Positions 31,946-42,178 are shown, counted from the first letter of the stretch. The stretch is DNA of 64,000 bases from Pseudomonadota bacterium (GCA_026390435.1 JAPLFY010000105.1:606-64605), one strand, 5' to 3'. Program-made: numbers and translations. The notes: a model not told the origin generated them from the letters alone.

Positions 31946-33294
31946 TACGGCCCCTTGCCTAAAGACGATGTCCGGTCCTCAAAGCCGAAATAGATAGAGC
32001 GACCGAAAAAGAAGGGGAGGCCCCAGTCGATGACGGTAAAAGGTGAGTCAACGGCGCTGCTGTAAGGAGTGATAGGCAGTGCCGAGGCTAGCCCCGAGCT
32101 TGCCACAGCTTTTGACTCCAGCACGCCGGCGGCATTGGCGATGCTGAATGTAACTGCGGTGCTTGCTGCGTTCGCGTTGCCGTACATAGTCGCCGCTGCA
32201 TTCACTACTTCCTGCGGACAGAGGTAGCCGGATGCCCTGGTGTTTGGCGCGCAAATAGGAACACTGCCAGCTGGTATCACCATTTCCGGCGAGCCGCTGT
32301 CGAAACGCGCACGCAGCGGCAGGTCGATCCCGCCGCCTGGATAAGTGCTGCTGATCTCGCCGCGCGTGTCGGCAGCAAGTGTTACGATGCTCGCTGGTGG
32401 GGTATTGTTGGGGCGTGTGCCGATGCCTAGTATCATCTGTCCATCTGCATTTGGAGCGCCCGTAGCGGGGACTGCATTTAAGCGGAACACAACTCCGTTA
32501 TTGTCCGTTGGGAGTGAAGCGACGGGATTTTGTAGTTGCACAGCGCTGGTAGTTCCGATGCACGAACCGTCGCTGCCGCAGCTGTAATAGATACCCACCT
32601 GTGCATTGGTCGTACAGGCGATGCCACAATCTTGCACCAGCATGCTGACGCCCAGAATACCGTTAAATCCGGCTTGCTCAGGACTTAGGTCAGGCGTGGT
32701 TTGGGCTGCAGTACAAAGCGGTGGTGGCGTGGCGTACGTGCTGTCTATCAGCTGGACAGGGGCTTGGGTTGCCGGCTCGCCGCCAAGTTTGATATCAACT
32801 AGCGCAATTGGTCCCCAGTCGCTCGCGAGTCCTGTATAGGACATGCATTCGGTAAGTCTGCCTCCAGCCGCAGAGGTCACGGGGGTTGTGGCGATCTTCA
32901 CGACAGAGGCGAAAAGCCGCAGCCCTGAGCTGCCTGTGTCTAAAATAATATTGTTTATAGTTTGGCAGAAACTTGTGCCCGGCTGACAGATAGTGACTGA
33001 GGTGCAGGGCTGATTTGGATACTGGAGTTTCGCATCACCGCAGAGCGCGCCGTTGACCGTAAAAGGCACCACGTTCGCTTCCAGTGGGCCGTTATTGTCG
33101 ACCAAGGGCGGAACTGGACTGGGCGGTGTCACTGGGGGCTGCGGGGTGCCCGGTCCGGTACTGTGGGGTGCCGTTGCAGGGCTTGGATCTGAACTTTTAC
33201 GCGCTTTAGATTTGCTGATGATACTGCAAGCTACGGCGCTGAACAGCACCGTGCTTAGACAGACCACGCTGAGGGTTGGTTTGAAGTTCCTCAT
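31933..33294 (-). CDS. DUF3443-like lipoprotein
   Basis: Lipobox AVAC; NQPC.SVTICQPGT..CQTI.NI.LDTGSSGLR, NPVASLPTDNNG, DWGLPFFFGR. Confidence 0.8.
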   Translation of the reverse strand: MRNFKPTLSVVCLSTVLFSAVACSIISKSKARKSSDPSPATAPHSTGPGTPQPPVTPPSPVPPLVDNNGPLEANVVPFTVNGALCGDAKLQYPNQPCTSVTICQPGTSFCQTINNIILDTGSSGLRLFASVVKIATTPVTSAAGGRLTECMSYTGLASDWGPIALVDIKLGGEPATQAPVQLIDSTYATPPPLCTAAQTTPDLSPEQAGFNGILGVSMLVQDCGIACTTNAQVGIYYSCGSDGSCIGTTSAVQLQNPVASLPTDNNGVVFRLNAVPATGAPNADGQMILGIGTRPNNTPPASIVTLAADTRGEISSTYPGGGIDLPLRARFDSGSPEMVIPAGSVPICAPNTRASGYLCPQEVVNAAATMYGNANAASTAVTFSIANAAGVLESKAVASSGLASALPITPYSSAVDSPFTVIDWGLPFFFGRSIYFGFEDRTSSLGKGPYYGL

Positions 33295-33303
33295 ATCTAA
33301 GGG

Positions 33304-33330
33304 TCTTCGGCACTTACCTAAGTTTCTTTA
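33304..33330 (-). promoter_or_regulatory. sigma-28-type promoter
   Basis: Minus strand TAAAGAAA-N11-GCCGAAGA, ending 9 nt before the ATG. Confidence 0.7.
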
Positions 33331-33490
33331 GAACGCTTTCGGCGCGGTGGGATGCGGTTCACTGTGTTAGTCGCCGCAATCACAGTATTAGTCTGAACTT
33401 GTATACATTTCGGAATGAAAATCGTAGCATACAGCGATACACGCCAAATTAGGCAGTTGCCATTATGTCGACCCGGACGAGGCTAGGACG

Positions 33491-34486
33491 ATGATCATTT
33501 GTCAGGGATTAGGTAAGGACTTCAAACACTACCAAAAAACAGCCGGTTTTGTGGGGTCACTGAAATCTTTCTTTCACCGCAGCTACGAACGTAGGGCAGC
33601 CGTACACAATTTCGACCTTGAAATTCAGCACGGCGAGATGGTCGGTCTTCTAGGACCAAATGGGGCTGGTAAAACCACGCTGATGAAAATGTTCAGCGGC
33701 ATTATCGTTCCTAGCCACGGAAAGTTGCAGGTGCTTGGGCACGTGCCGTTTGAGCGCGAGCATGGATTTCGCAAAAAAATCGCTCTTGTCATGGGGCAGA
33801 AATCCCAGCTGTGGTGGGACATACCTGCCATGGACTCATTTCTGCTCCTGCAGAAATATTATGAAATCGACAATCGCGACTTTAAAAAGAGGTTGGGTGA
33901 GCTTAGTGCTTTGCTCGGTGTCGAGAGGCAACTTCAGGTTCACGTGCGCAAGTTATCTCTTGGCGAACGCATGAAGATGGAACTCATGGCCTGTCTGCTG
34001 CATCGGCCCGAGATCCTCTTTTTGGACGAGCCCACGATTGGTCTCGATGTGGTTGCCCAGCGTAATATTCGCGATTTTATTGCTCAGTATCAGGCTCAGT
34101 ATAAGACCACAGTGATTTTGACGTCGCACTACATGGCTGATGTTGAGGCACTCTGCCAACGCATCGTTCTGGTGCTGGGCGGGACCAAGCGCTTTGATGG
34201 TCCGATACGGGAATTCTCTAATATCCTTGGCCGTGAAAAGTTTGTCAGTGTCACGTTTTCGGAATCTATCGCTGATCCAACGAGTTTTTGGGCAACGTTC
34301 GATCCTCAGTGGAACGAAAGCCGGACCCGCGTTGACCTGCGGGTGCCCGAGGCTGAACTTCGCTCCAGCGCGGTTGCGATACTGCAGCGCTTTCCAGTCG
34401 CCGAGTTTAGCATGGAAAAGCTGCCGATTGAGCGAGTGATGAATGCGCTGCTGGCCAACCCGCAGCTACTCAAGGGAGCTGAATAA
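33491..34486 (+). CDS. ABC-2 type transporter ATP-binding subunit
   Basis: GPNGAGKT, QKSQLWWD, LSLGERMK, LFLDEPT. Confidence 0.92.
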   Translation: MIICQGLGKDFKHYQKTAGFVGSLKSFFHRSYERRAAVHNFDLEIQHGEMVGLLGPNGAGKTTLMKMFSGIIVPSHGKLQVLGHVPFEREHGFRKKIALVMGQKSQLWWDIPAMDSFLLLQKYYEIDNRDFKKRLGELSALLGVERQLQVHVRKLSLGERMKMELMACLLHRPEILFLDEPTIGLDVVAQRNIRDFIAQYQAQYKTTVILTSHYMADVEALCQRIVLVLGGTKRFDGPIREFSNILGREKFVSVTFSESIADPTSFWATFDPQWNESRTRVDLRVPEAELRSSAVAILQRFPVAEFSMEKLPIERVMNALLANPQLLKGAE

Positions 34487-35292
34487 TGGCGAGTGCACAG
34501 CTCGCTAAGTGGTGGGCGACCATTCGGATTAGTTGGAATAAGCAGCTCAGCTATAAGCTGAATTTCTTGTTGCTGGTTATTGGCCCGAGCGTGGTGTTCT
34601 TCTTTGTTAAGTACAGTCTATGGACAGCCATTTTTCGGCTCGAGGGCATCGGTAAAATTCAGGGTTACGACCTAAGTAACATGCTTCGTTATCAGATATG
34701 GAGTCTGATCGTCGCGCTGGTGGCACAGGGTTACAACAGCATGAATTTGGCCGAGGATATAAGAATGGGCCGCATATCGGCCTATCTTGTTTATCCCTTC
34801 GATTTCTGGTCATTTCAAACTGCGGGTTTCATTTCCTTTCAAGGACTGCAACTAGTCACAGTCAGTGTCACTTTACTTTTCATGTTTGGGCTTGGGTTTT
34901 TGCAGCATCTGCATGTGCCCGATTTGCTTAGCGGTCTAGCCTTTTCCTTGGTGGTCAGTTTCTTCTGGTATCAAGTCAGTTATTTGATTGGGCTTGCAGC
35001 ATTTTGGCTAGAGGAAACCTGGGTGCTTCGGGTCATGTTTATTACGATTTCGCAGTTTTTTTCCGGGGCGATTTTGCCGCTCGAAGTGTACCCAAAATAT
35101 TTGCTGAACATACTGGCTTGGACTCCTTTTCCGTATCTGACCTATACGCCAGTGAAGATCTTTATGGGTGAATACAGCGGTAGTCTCAGTCAGGCTTGGA
35201 TTACTTTGCTTGCCTGGATGGTAGTGGTTGGGCTCTTGAATCGTTTGGTTTGGCAACGCGGGTTGCGCCTATACACAGCTGCGGGGATGTGA
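34486..35292 (+). CDS. ABC-2 family permease
   Basis: Six TM helices, EDIRMG, FSGAILPL..YP; coupled to the ATPase. Confidence 0.88.
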   Translation: MASAQLAKWWATIRISWNKQLSYKLNFLLLVIGPSVVFFFVKYSLWTAIFRLEGIGKIQGYDLSNMLRYQIWSLIVALVAQGYNSMNLAEDIRMGRISAYLVYPFDFWSFQTAGFISFQGLQLVTVSVTLLFMFGLGFLQHLHVPDLLSGLAFSLVVSFFWYQVSYLIGLAAFWLEETWVLRVMFITISQFFSGAILPLEVYPKYLLNILAWTPFPYLTYTPVKIFMGEYSGSLSQAWITLLAWMVVVGLLNRLVWQRGLRLYTAAGM

Positions 35293-35295
35293 AGG

Positions 35296-36090
35296 ATGTT
35301 GCGAGAAATCCGTCATTATGCTGGGGTTTACTTGCGCTTCATGAGCACCTGCTTTGCCGCAGCGAGTACCTACCGCCTTCATTTCGTGCTCTTAATTATC
35401 ATGGATCAACTTTTTTATCTGAGCATGCTCGGGTCAGTCGATTTTCTTTACAATAACGTCCCTAAAATCGGCGACTGGGGGCGTGACCAGTTTATGTTTT
35501 TTGTCGCCTTCAGCTTGGCCATAGATCATCTGCATATGAGTTTTATCAGTGAGAGTTTCTGGGAGTTTTCCTACGACATACGCACAGGTAAATTGGATTT
35601 TATTCTGCTGCGCCCGCTGAATACTCTGTTCTCAGTATTTGCCCGGCAGATTCGGCCGGCGACGCTAGTGAATTTTGTGACCCCTTGGGGTGTTCTGATT
35701 TATTTCGGGCTTAGGCTTGGTCTAGATAGCTGGGCGTGGGTCTCGATGTTTCCCCTAGTCATACTCGGACTGCTTCTTCTGACCTCGATAGAAATCTTAC
35801 TGTCGATGCTGATGTTTTGGACTGTTGAGTCGATGGGCATCAACTTTCTTCGCATACAGCTCCAGACTATTTCGCGCTGGCCTGACTTTATCTACCAAGG
35901 CTTCGCGAAGCGGTTTTTTACGCTGGTCATGCCAGTGCTGTTGATCGGTAGTGCGCCGGTTTATTTTCTGCTCGATCATAGTCGCTGGGCCGGGCTAATT
36001 GCCATGGGCGCGGCGTTACTTATGAGCTGGCTATTGATCGCTTTTTTTTGGCGCCTGGGGCTTAAGGCCTACGAATCGGCGTCAAGCTAA
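35296..36090 (+). CDS. ABC-2 family permease
   Basis: IRTGKLDFILLRP; C-terminal GLKAYESASS. Confidence 0.88.
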   Translation: MLREIRHYAGVYLRFMSTCFAAASTYRLHFVLLIIMDQLFYLSMLGSVDFLYNNVPKIGDWGRDQFMFFVAFSLAIDHLHMSFISESFWEFSYDIRTGKLDFILLRPLNTLFSVFARQIRPATLVNFVTPWGVLIYFGLRLGLDSWAWVSMFPLVILGLLLLTSIEILLSMLMFWTVESMGINFLRIQLQTISRWPDFIYQGFAKRFFTLVMPVLLIGSAPVYFLLDHSRWAGLIAMGAALLMSWLLIAFFWRLGLKAYESASS

Positions 36091-36113
36091 GCCATGTGTC
36101 TTGCATGGCTTAG
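36087..36113. terminator. Hairpin between convergent genes (probable terminator)
   Basis: CTAAGCCATG-TGTCTTG-CATGGCTTAG. Confidence 0.6.
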
Positions 36114-36134
36114 TAGCTTTTTCAGCCGGAAGAC

Positions 36135-36785
36135 TTAGAACAGTACAGATAGCGAGAATAGTCTAAACTCAAGAATTAGTTTTGAGACCACGCCGTTGTT
36201 ACTCGAGCCATCGGCGGTAGCTTTGGCCGTTGAGTTTTCGTAGCTGGCTCTCACCCAGACATTGATCGCGATATGCGGATATAGTAGGTAGCGAGCACCA
36301 GCTGTAAGTTTGCTCAGTACAATTCTTTCAGAACCGCTGGTAGTGCCTATAGTTTGAGAGTTAGCGCGCGATCCGACCAAGAACCCACCATAAGGAATCC
36401 AGCGACTGGAGCTGATCGGTGATGACTCTTCTCCGGCCTTTAAGGGTTTTTCCTTTTCTAAGGCGCGGTCGGGACTATTGAATAGAATGCCAAGGTTCCA
36501 ATCATTGTTATTCCAGGCATTCGTATAATCGCCAGTGGTCTTACTAAGATTATTTAAGGTGACATCGATGACAGGCTCAACGTGGGGCGAGACGAAGTAT
36601 CCGTAGCCTAGATTGCCCTTGATTGAGCGTTCGTTGAGGGTAGTGTTTGTGCTGCCTGACGCAATTTTGCCGGATGCATAGGTGAAATCTAAGTAGCCGT
36701 TAACTTCGTGATTATAATCAGCCAGGGCGTATGAAGATCCGAGTACAGCCCAAAGGCATAAGATTTTCTGAACCATCTTCAGCAT
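36135..36785 (-). CDS. Outer-membrane beta-barrel protein (about 8 strands)
   Basis: Signal peptide; GNLGYGYFV, IPYGG, AGARYLLY; C-terminal LSVLF. Confidence 0.75.
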   Translation of the reverse strand: MLKMVQKILCLWAVLGSSYALADYNHEVNGYLDFTYASGKIASGSTNTTLNERSIKGNLGYGYFVSPHVEPVIDVTLNNLSKTTGDYTNAWNNNDWNLGILFNSPDRALEKEKPLKAGEESSPISSSRWIPYGGFLVGSRANSQTIGTTSGSERIVLSKLTAGARYLLYPHIAINVWVRASYENSTAKATADGSSNNGVVSKLILEFRLFSLSVLF

Positions 36786-36805
36786 ATTAAGTCCTCCTAA
36801 GGAAG

Positions 36806-36832
36806 CCTTCGGCGCTAAATGATAAAAGTTTA
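36806..36832 (-). promoter_or_regulatory. sigma-28-type promoter
   Basis: Minus strand TAAACTTT-N11-GCCGAAGG, followed by a GGAGG RBS. Confidence 0.7.
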
Positions 36833-36902
36833 GCTGTGGCGTGAGATGGGTAGCTTTGCTGGTGTTTTAATGACCTGAAATTACAGGTAATGAAAAAATA
36901 AT

Positions 36903-36930
36903 TAAAGTTTTGACCACAAAATACCGATAA
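36903..36930 (+). promoter_or_regulatory. sigma-28-type promoter
   Basis: TAAAGTTT-N12-ACCGATAA. Confidence 0.85.
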
Positions 36931-36980
36931 CTCCCTTGATCCGATGATCTGAGCAGCCGAGTTCGATAGAGGAGTGGCAC

Positions 36981-38042
36981 ATGTTCTGGAAGCTGAGTAC
37001 TTTTGCGGTCGTTTTTGGCTTAATATCTGGGTGCGGTAACAGCAATTTTAGTGGCGATGCTGGTCGCGCCTCCGGTGGCGGAGCAAGACCAACCCCGACA
37101 CTTGGAACAAATACGCCGCTAGCTCCTCAACTTGGTGAGACAAGTCCGGCCAACACGCTTGACGTGGATGGCGATGGCAATCTCAACAACTGCCCGAGTA
37201 AACCACAAAGTGTACTGATTCTCGATTTTAAATCAGGCTGGTGGTCTGGTGATGGCGGTAACTTCGTTGATCGCATTACAGATGGCTTAGCCAAGGCGTG
37301 TAGCACCAAAGTCACCCTCGAATATCACCATGTAATCTTATCGGTGAAAAGTCTCGCGAGTATTTTTTTTGGTAGCAAAGACGGTAATGTTCCCTTTGCT
37401 AACATGCAGTTGACGGCGCCCGGTGATCCGAAGCTGCGTGCTGGCAGCACTCAGTTCGAGCAGGCATTCGCTGACCCATCGTTCGCTACCTATACCCAAA
37501 TATGGCTGCTCTCTGGTTCGTCCGCTGATCCGGCAGATTTGCAGGTGAATCACCCATTCTTCCAAAAAGTGGTCCAAGCAATGAAGGGTAGTCAGGCGCA
37601 CTTTTTCATAGGTGTCGGCTACGGCTCGATTACCCACGCAGTTGCCGTGGCAGAGGCCTTGCAACTCGGCGCCAGCTTCAGCACCATTCAAGCTGAGGGG
37701 AATATTCTCAATCCTATGGGAAATATCTCTTTAAATAAATCGCTTGCACCTGGGCAGTTTGATAGCTCGCAAGTGATGCTGAAGGGATTCACTTCGATTG
37801 CTGATAGCCTAGTCGTCAGTGGCGTCCCGGCCCATGGTGATGCCATTCAGGACAAGGGCGGCGTCCATATCATCGCCACCGATAACTTAAACCAGCCTAG
37901 CCTTGCGGTTAGTAAGGAAGGTAGTGCGGGGCCCCGTTTCGTTCTCGACGGTGACCTTCCGCGTTATTATGCTGCTTGGAGTAATCAAAGTCCTGAAACT
38001 ATGAAACTACTCCAAAATATTTTAGTTTACCTCGCCAAATGA
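36981..38042 (+). CDS. Hypothetical lipoprotein
   Basis: Lipobox ISGC, RBS GAGGAG, alpha/beta C-terminal domain. Confidence 0.75.
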   Translation: MFWKLSTFAVVFGLISGCGNSNFSGDAGRASGGGARPTPTLGTNTPLAPQLGETSPANTLDVDGDGNLNNCPSKPQSVLILDFKSGWWSGDGGNFVDRITDGLAKACSTKVTLEYHHVILSVKSLASIFFGSKDGNVPFANMQLTAPGDPKLRAGSTQFEQAFADPSFATYTQIWLLSGSSADPADLQVNHPFFQKVVQAMKGSQAHFFIGVGYGSITHAVAVAEALQLGASFSTIQAEGNILNPMGNISLNKSLAPGQFDSSQVMLKGFTSIADSLVVSGVPAHGDAIQDKGGVHIIATDNLNQPSLAVSKEGSAGPRFVLDGDLPRYYAAWSNQSPETMKLLQNILVYLAK

Positions 38043-38058
38043 TGTCTGCCATGGTCTG

Positions 38059-38442
38059 TTGTACGATAGAGTTATGCAAATCTCATTACGACCGGTCCTG
38101 CTTTACGACGCCGACTGCCCTCTATGCCTGAGGCTGGCGGCGTTCGTCACCAGTCGCAGTGGTCTTAAGACAGCTGCTTGGCAGGAATTTTGTCAGACAC
38201 CAGAGGGTGTTGCCGCTTTTTCTGAGGACCAGCGCAGGGCTCCTGCAGACCGCCTCCGCCTACTGACCGATGAGGCCTTATTTGAGGGCGAGGACGCCTG
38301 GGCTTATCTGATTGCCAATTGGCGAGATCTGAAGGCCCTCGATTGGTTAGCGGCACAGATGGGGCTGCGTCAGCCCTTAGCTCGGGGGGCAGCTAAGGCT
38401 GGCTATACATTGCGCCGACTGTGTACTAGGTGCCCCAAATGA
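38059..38442 (+). CDS. DCC1-like thiol-disulfide oxidoreductase (DUF393)
   Basis: LLYDADCPLC motif. Confidence 0.75.
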   Translation: MYDRVMQISLRPVLLYDADCPLCLRLAAFVTSRSGLKTAAWQEFCQTPEGVAAFSEDQRRAPADRLRLLTDEALFEGEDAWAYLIANWRDLKALDWLAAQMGLRQPLARGAAKAGYTLRRLCTRCPK

Positions 38443-38469
38443 TCGGTTCATAAATAGGAGCAATATACG

Positions 38470-39459
38470 GTGGGCGATACTTCTAAATCTCACGAGTCGC
38501 ATGTTGATAAAACGCGGATGCAAGCTTTTCCAGTCGATCAAATTCTCGACAACAGCTCAACCGACTTCGACCTTTTTCTGGAAGCTGCCGGTGGCTTGAC
38601 CCTCTATGCTCAGGCCACTTACAAGTGGAGTAAAGATGAGCTGACCAGGTTGCTTGCTAACGGACACCAATCGCTTTTTTACCGGCAGACTGAGACTCCT
38701 CGCGTGGATTTTTATCGCCGAATCCATAAACAGGTGCAGGTTGATGTGCTAAGCCATCCGCGGCTGCGTATCTTGAACTTAACCGAGGCGGCGGCAGAGT
38801 TGACTCGCGTTCTTTATGAGTACGATGTGACGCCGGTTGTTATCGCAAAGGCTGCAGATGTAGCGGTTGCCATGGTGCAGTGTGTGAAACAAGATCCCAC
38901 CTGCATTACTGCCCTAGGCCAACTTGTGCAGCATGACGAATACACCTACTACCATAGTGCTCGTGTGGGCGCTTATGCTTTGGCGATTGCCGTCCAGCTT
39001 TCGCAAAGCGATGAAACAAAATTAGCTGCAATGGCGACAGGCGCTCTGTTGCACGATGTGGGGAAAGCGCGGGTGGACCGAAAGGTTCTTGATAAAAGAG
39101 GGGCGCTGACACCGCCTGAATGGGACGAGATGCGGCTTCATCCTGTGCATGGTGATGCGATGGTCGCAGAGTCACAATTGTCCGTGGTACCAAGGCAAAT
39201 TATTTTGCATCACCATGAACGCCTAGATGGCACGGGGTATCCCCATAAACTCACTGGTAAGGAGTTACTGGAAGAGGTCAAAATCGTCGCGTTTGCCGAT
39301 GTCTTTGACGCGCTGACGACGAGCCGGCCTTATCAAGTGTGTCGCAGTCGATTTGAGGCGCTAGCATTTATTCGTGATCGGCTCCTAGCAAATCTACACA
39401 GTGATTCTTATAACGCACTGGTTGAGATTCTGGCCGGTAGGGTCAAGCAATCCGCCTAG
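38470..39459 (+). CDS. HD-GYP domain protein (cyclic dinucleotide phosphodiesterase family)
   Basis: HDEYTYYHS, LLHDVGK, HHERLDGTGYP, ADVFDALT..RPY. Confidence 0.92.
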   Translation: MGDTSKSHESHVDKTRMQAFPVDQILDNSSTDFDLFLEAAGGLTLYAQATYKWSKDELTRLLANGHQSLFYRQTETPRVDFYRRIHKQVQVDVLSHPRLRILNLTEAAAELTRVLYEYDVTPVVIAKAADVAVAMVQCVKQDPTCITALGQLVQHDEYTYYHSARVGAYALAIAVQLSQSDETKLAAMATGALLHDVGKARVDRKVLDKRGALTPPEWDEMRLHPVHGDAMVAESQLSVVPRQIILHHHERLDGTGYPHKLTGKELLEEVKIVAFADVFDALTTSRPYQVCRSRFEALAFIRDRLLANLHSDSYNALVEILAGRVKQSA

Positions 39460-39526
39460 AAAAGGTGCCGACGGTGTGACGACTTGTAGTTGTTTTGCGG
39501 GTGTCTTATCGAGTATTCTTGGCTAC

Positions 39527-40342
39527 ATGCATAAGACTTTCCCTCGCAAGCACCACTCGTATGTAGGCCCAGCGCTAAGCGTGCTGATCAGCGCGGTATT
39601 TGCTTGGTCTCAGCCTCTTGCGGCGCAGGTCCGGATGAATAGTCCGGTACCGCCGACTATTGATGAGGAGGAGCTCAGCGAGCCTGGCGATGATGCGGAC
39701 GGTGACGATGTGTTTAGTGCCCCCTCGCCTGACGATCAGCAGCTAGCTCATGAGATGAGTATCCTGAGCCTTCGTGAGCGGCGCAAACCCCTGCGCTACG
39801 GCGGTGCTTTCACAGTTGGTCAAGCGAGGCCGTGGCAGACTTATGGACTGGAAGTTGGTCAGCTTTTAACGCCCCGCAGTTTTGTGGGTGCTTACCTGGG
39901 TAGCGGCCAATTTGACGGTAGTGGTACGATGACAGATAAGCTTTCCTACAAGCTAAAGCTGGAGTCTCGCGGTGTCGGAGCCTTTGCTCGCTACTACCTA
40001 CATAATTTTGACCTGCTGGCCTTTGAGGGTAATTTAGGCATTAGTCGGTGGTCAGGTCAGGTGTCAGCTCTTGGCACCGATGCCTCGCAGGCCGATTCAA
40101 GTCAGTCACGTTCGCACGACTTCACAGGCTACGGTATGACTCTTGGTTTTGCTGCGACTGTGAGTTGGGTGTCGGAGGGTGGCTATTTCGTCGACTGGAC
40201 TCCGCTAGGCCTGCAGGTGGCGAGACTAATGAAGATGGACCTTGCTCGCAGCGAAGCGGCAGTGAATCGCGCGCTAAATCACGACATCCAAGGTTTGCGG
40301 ATTTACGGATTGGTCAACCTGAGGGTCGGGCGGTATTTCTGA
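39527..40342 (+). CDS. Outer-membrane beta-barrel protein with acidic N-terminal linker
   Basis: Signal peptide, amphipathic strands, C-terminal LRVGRYF. Confidence 0.7.
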   Translation: MHKTFPRKHHSYVGPALSVLISAVFAWSQPLAAQVRMNSPVPPTIDEEELSEPGDDADGDDVFSAPSPDDQQLAHEMSILSLRERRKPLRYGGAFTVGQARPWQTYGLEVGQLLTPRSFVGAYLGSGQFDGSGTMTDKLSYKLKLESRGVGAFARYYLHNFDLLAFEGNLGISRWSGQVSALGTDASQADSSQSRSHDFTGYGMTLGFAATVSWVSEGGYFVDWTPLGLQVARLMKMDLARSEAAVNRALNHDIQGLRIYGLVNLRVGRYF

Positions 40343-40382
40343 TGATTGGTGATCTGCCAGAACTGGCTTGATCTGGCCTGGC

Positions 40383-40721
40383 TTAGGCAGCATCAATCGA
40401 GTTGATGTGGAGTTTGACGCCGGCACGGTCCAGCTCCTCCTGCAGCGCAGTACGCATAAAAGCGGTCGGAGGATAGCCTAGTTTTAGTGCAAAATGCGCT
40501 GCCCGCGATGGCGTCACAGCCTTTCTGCCCTTCTCAATGTCACACAGGTTTTGCTTTGAAATACCAAGGCACTCGGCAAAATCCTTTTGATTGACTCCGT
40601 CGCACTCACGCAGTGATTTCAGTATTCCAGCAATCGTTAGCGGGCCACCGGTGATTTTTTCCATGAAAACCATGGCGTCGCTTTTGGCAGATTTTGAGGC
40701 TTTTGCAGGTTTAATACTCAT
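40383..40721 (-). CDS. XRE-family HTH protein (HigA-like antitoxin)
   Basis: QKDFAECLGISKQNLCDIEKGRK; start at MSIK (40721). Confidence 0.85.
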   Translation of the reverse strand: MSIKPAKASKSAKSDAMVFMEKITGGPLTIAGILKSLRECDGVNQKDFAECLGISKQNLCDIEKGRKAVTPSRAAHFALKLGYPPTAFMRTALQEELDRAGVKLHINSIDAA

Positions 40722-40775
40722 ATTTATGCACCTCGCTTTCGCGCGCTTGGTCAGATGAACACTTCGAATCAACAC
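40711..40775 (-). pseudogene. Internally deleted RelE/HigB-like toxin remnant
   Basis: An N-terminal-like LIRSVHLTKRAK segment is joined to a C-terminal-like EVHKYEY-stop in another frame, overlapping the antitoxin ATG. Confidence 0.5.
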
Positions 40776-41068
40776 GCATCTCAGTTGACTGGGTACTTCC
40801 ATAGAAGTACATTTGTCAATGCAAATCAGCGCGATGATTAAGGCTGTCGCGGTGACCCAAGAAGAATGAAGTGGGTCAGAGGGAGAAGCCAAAGACAACG
40901 TCGGACATCTGCGTAGCGCAGAATGTACACTTAATCCCTTACATCTGAATTTGAGTTATTGATTGATTTTCGTCCAATTTGGTGATTATGCGAAACAGAC
41001 TCTAACTGATCCGTTCCGACCAATCGCCAAATCGTCCAGTTTTTAGTACGTGAATACACCTTACTGAA

Positions 41069-42109
41069 TCACGGGCTGCAATCGATGTTTAAACTTTGCT
41101 CTGACGACTTAAGCGCATCGTCAGCAAAAGTGATCACGGCACCGCCAGCGATGGCGTTGGCGAGGAATTGACGGGCAAAGGTTGACTGCAGCGAGGCGAA
41201 AAATGACAGACTTTCCGCATTATTGACGAATGGTTTGACGGAATCAGAGTTAACGTTACCAGAGGAAGCGATAGCCGCTAGCTCCTGTCCCAGAAAAAGT
41301 GGTCCTCCGGAGTCACCGTGACCTAATACCGCTTGCGCGCTTTCGGTCTTGCCATCGGATGAGGCGTTGCCCGCGATGATATAACTATCAGGATTAAATT
41401 CCGCCCTTAATTTTGAATCCATCTGAGCTAAGCGATTGGTGCCAACGCGCTTGATTTTAATGCTTTCCCCTGGTGTATCCTCAGAGTATCCCGGTGCTGT
41501 AATGCGGCCGTAACCGACTAAAGTCAGCTCCTTGTTTGCGACCAAGGGTTTGTTAAGTATCTTTGCCTTATTTTTGAAAGTGCCGCTAGGGAACACTAGA
41601 ATTGCGATGTCTTTTTCGCGGTCTTGTAAGCGGTCGGCAAGTTCGGGTTTGCCAATGGTTAAGGATGGCGCTCCAATGAAGGCCTTAATAGCCGGAATCC
41701 CACTGTTGACTGTGGCGCTGAATTTGTCACCGCTGAGGTCAACAACATCCCCGGAAATGTAACGTGCGCCACCGGTCGCAGTATCTTGCAAACAATGGCT
41801 AGCCGTGATCATGGTCGTATCGCTTAGGAATGTTCCTGAGCAAGTTTCGCCCGTGTTGTCATCGCCTGTGTAGATGAAGCCTACTTCCGGATGGGCATTG
41901 GTCGGCGTGCCTCCGACAAGCTGTAAACAGGTTTTATTTTTTTGTTGATTCGCTGATTTTTTGAGGGCGTCCTTCGCATCCCGCGCCGACTTGTCTGCCT
42001 CTGCAGAACCGCTGCGCAGCGAGGTCACCTCGGGGGTGTTGGAAAAACAGCCAGCAAGGCTCAGGCTCATACCAACACACAGGGTCAATTCTCTAATTAT
42101 GGTGTTCAT
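41069..42109 (-). CDS. Trypsin-like (S1A) serine protease lipoprotein
   Basis: Lipobox LAGC; LVGG activation site; TASHC, KDIA, GDSGGP. Confidence 0.9.
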   Translation of the reverse strand: MNTIIRELTLCVGMSLSLAGCFSNTPEVTSLRSGSAEADKSARDAKDALKKSANQQKNKTCLQLVGGTPTNAHPEVGFIYTGDDNTGETCSGTFLSDTTMITASHCLQDTATGGARYISGDVVDLSGDKFSATVNSGIPAIKAFIGAPSLTIGKPELADRLQDREKDIAILVFPSGTFKNKAKILNKPLVANKELTLVGYGRITAPGYSEDTPGESIKIKRVGTNRLAQMDSKLRAEFNPDSYIIAGNASSDGKTESAQAVLGHGDSGGPLFLGQELAAIASSGNVNSDSVKPFVNNAESLSFFASLQSTFARQFLANAIAGGAVITFADDALKSSEQSLNIDCSP

Positions 42110-42178
42110 ATGTGCTACCTATGAAAAATCTCTAAATCTGATTCATTGACACATAGAAATTGCGATTAATATTTTCTC

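Noticed and set aside
40722-40898. N-terminal extension of the 171-aa ORF
   Set aside because: HTH-like sequence starts at MSIK (40721); the upstream part is non-coding or toxin remnant.
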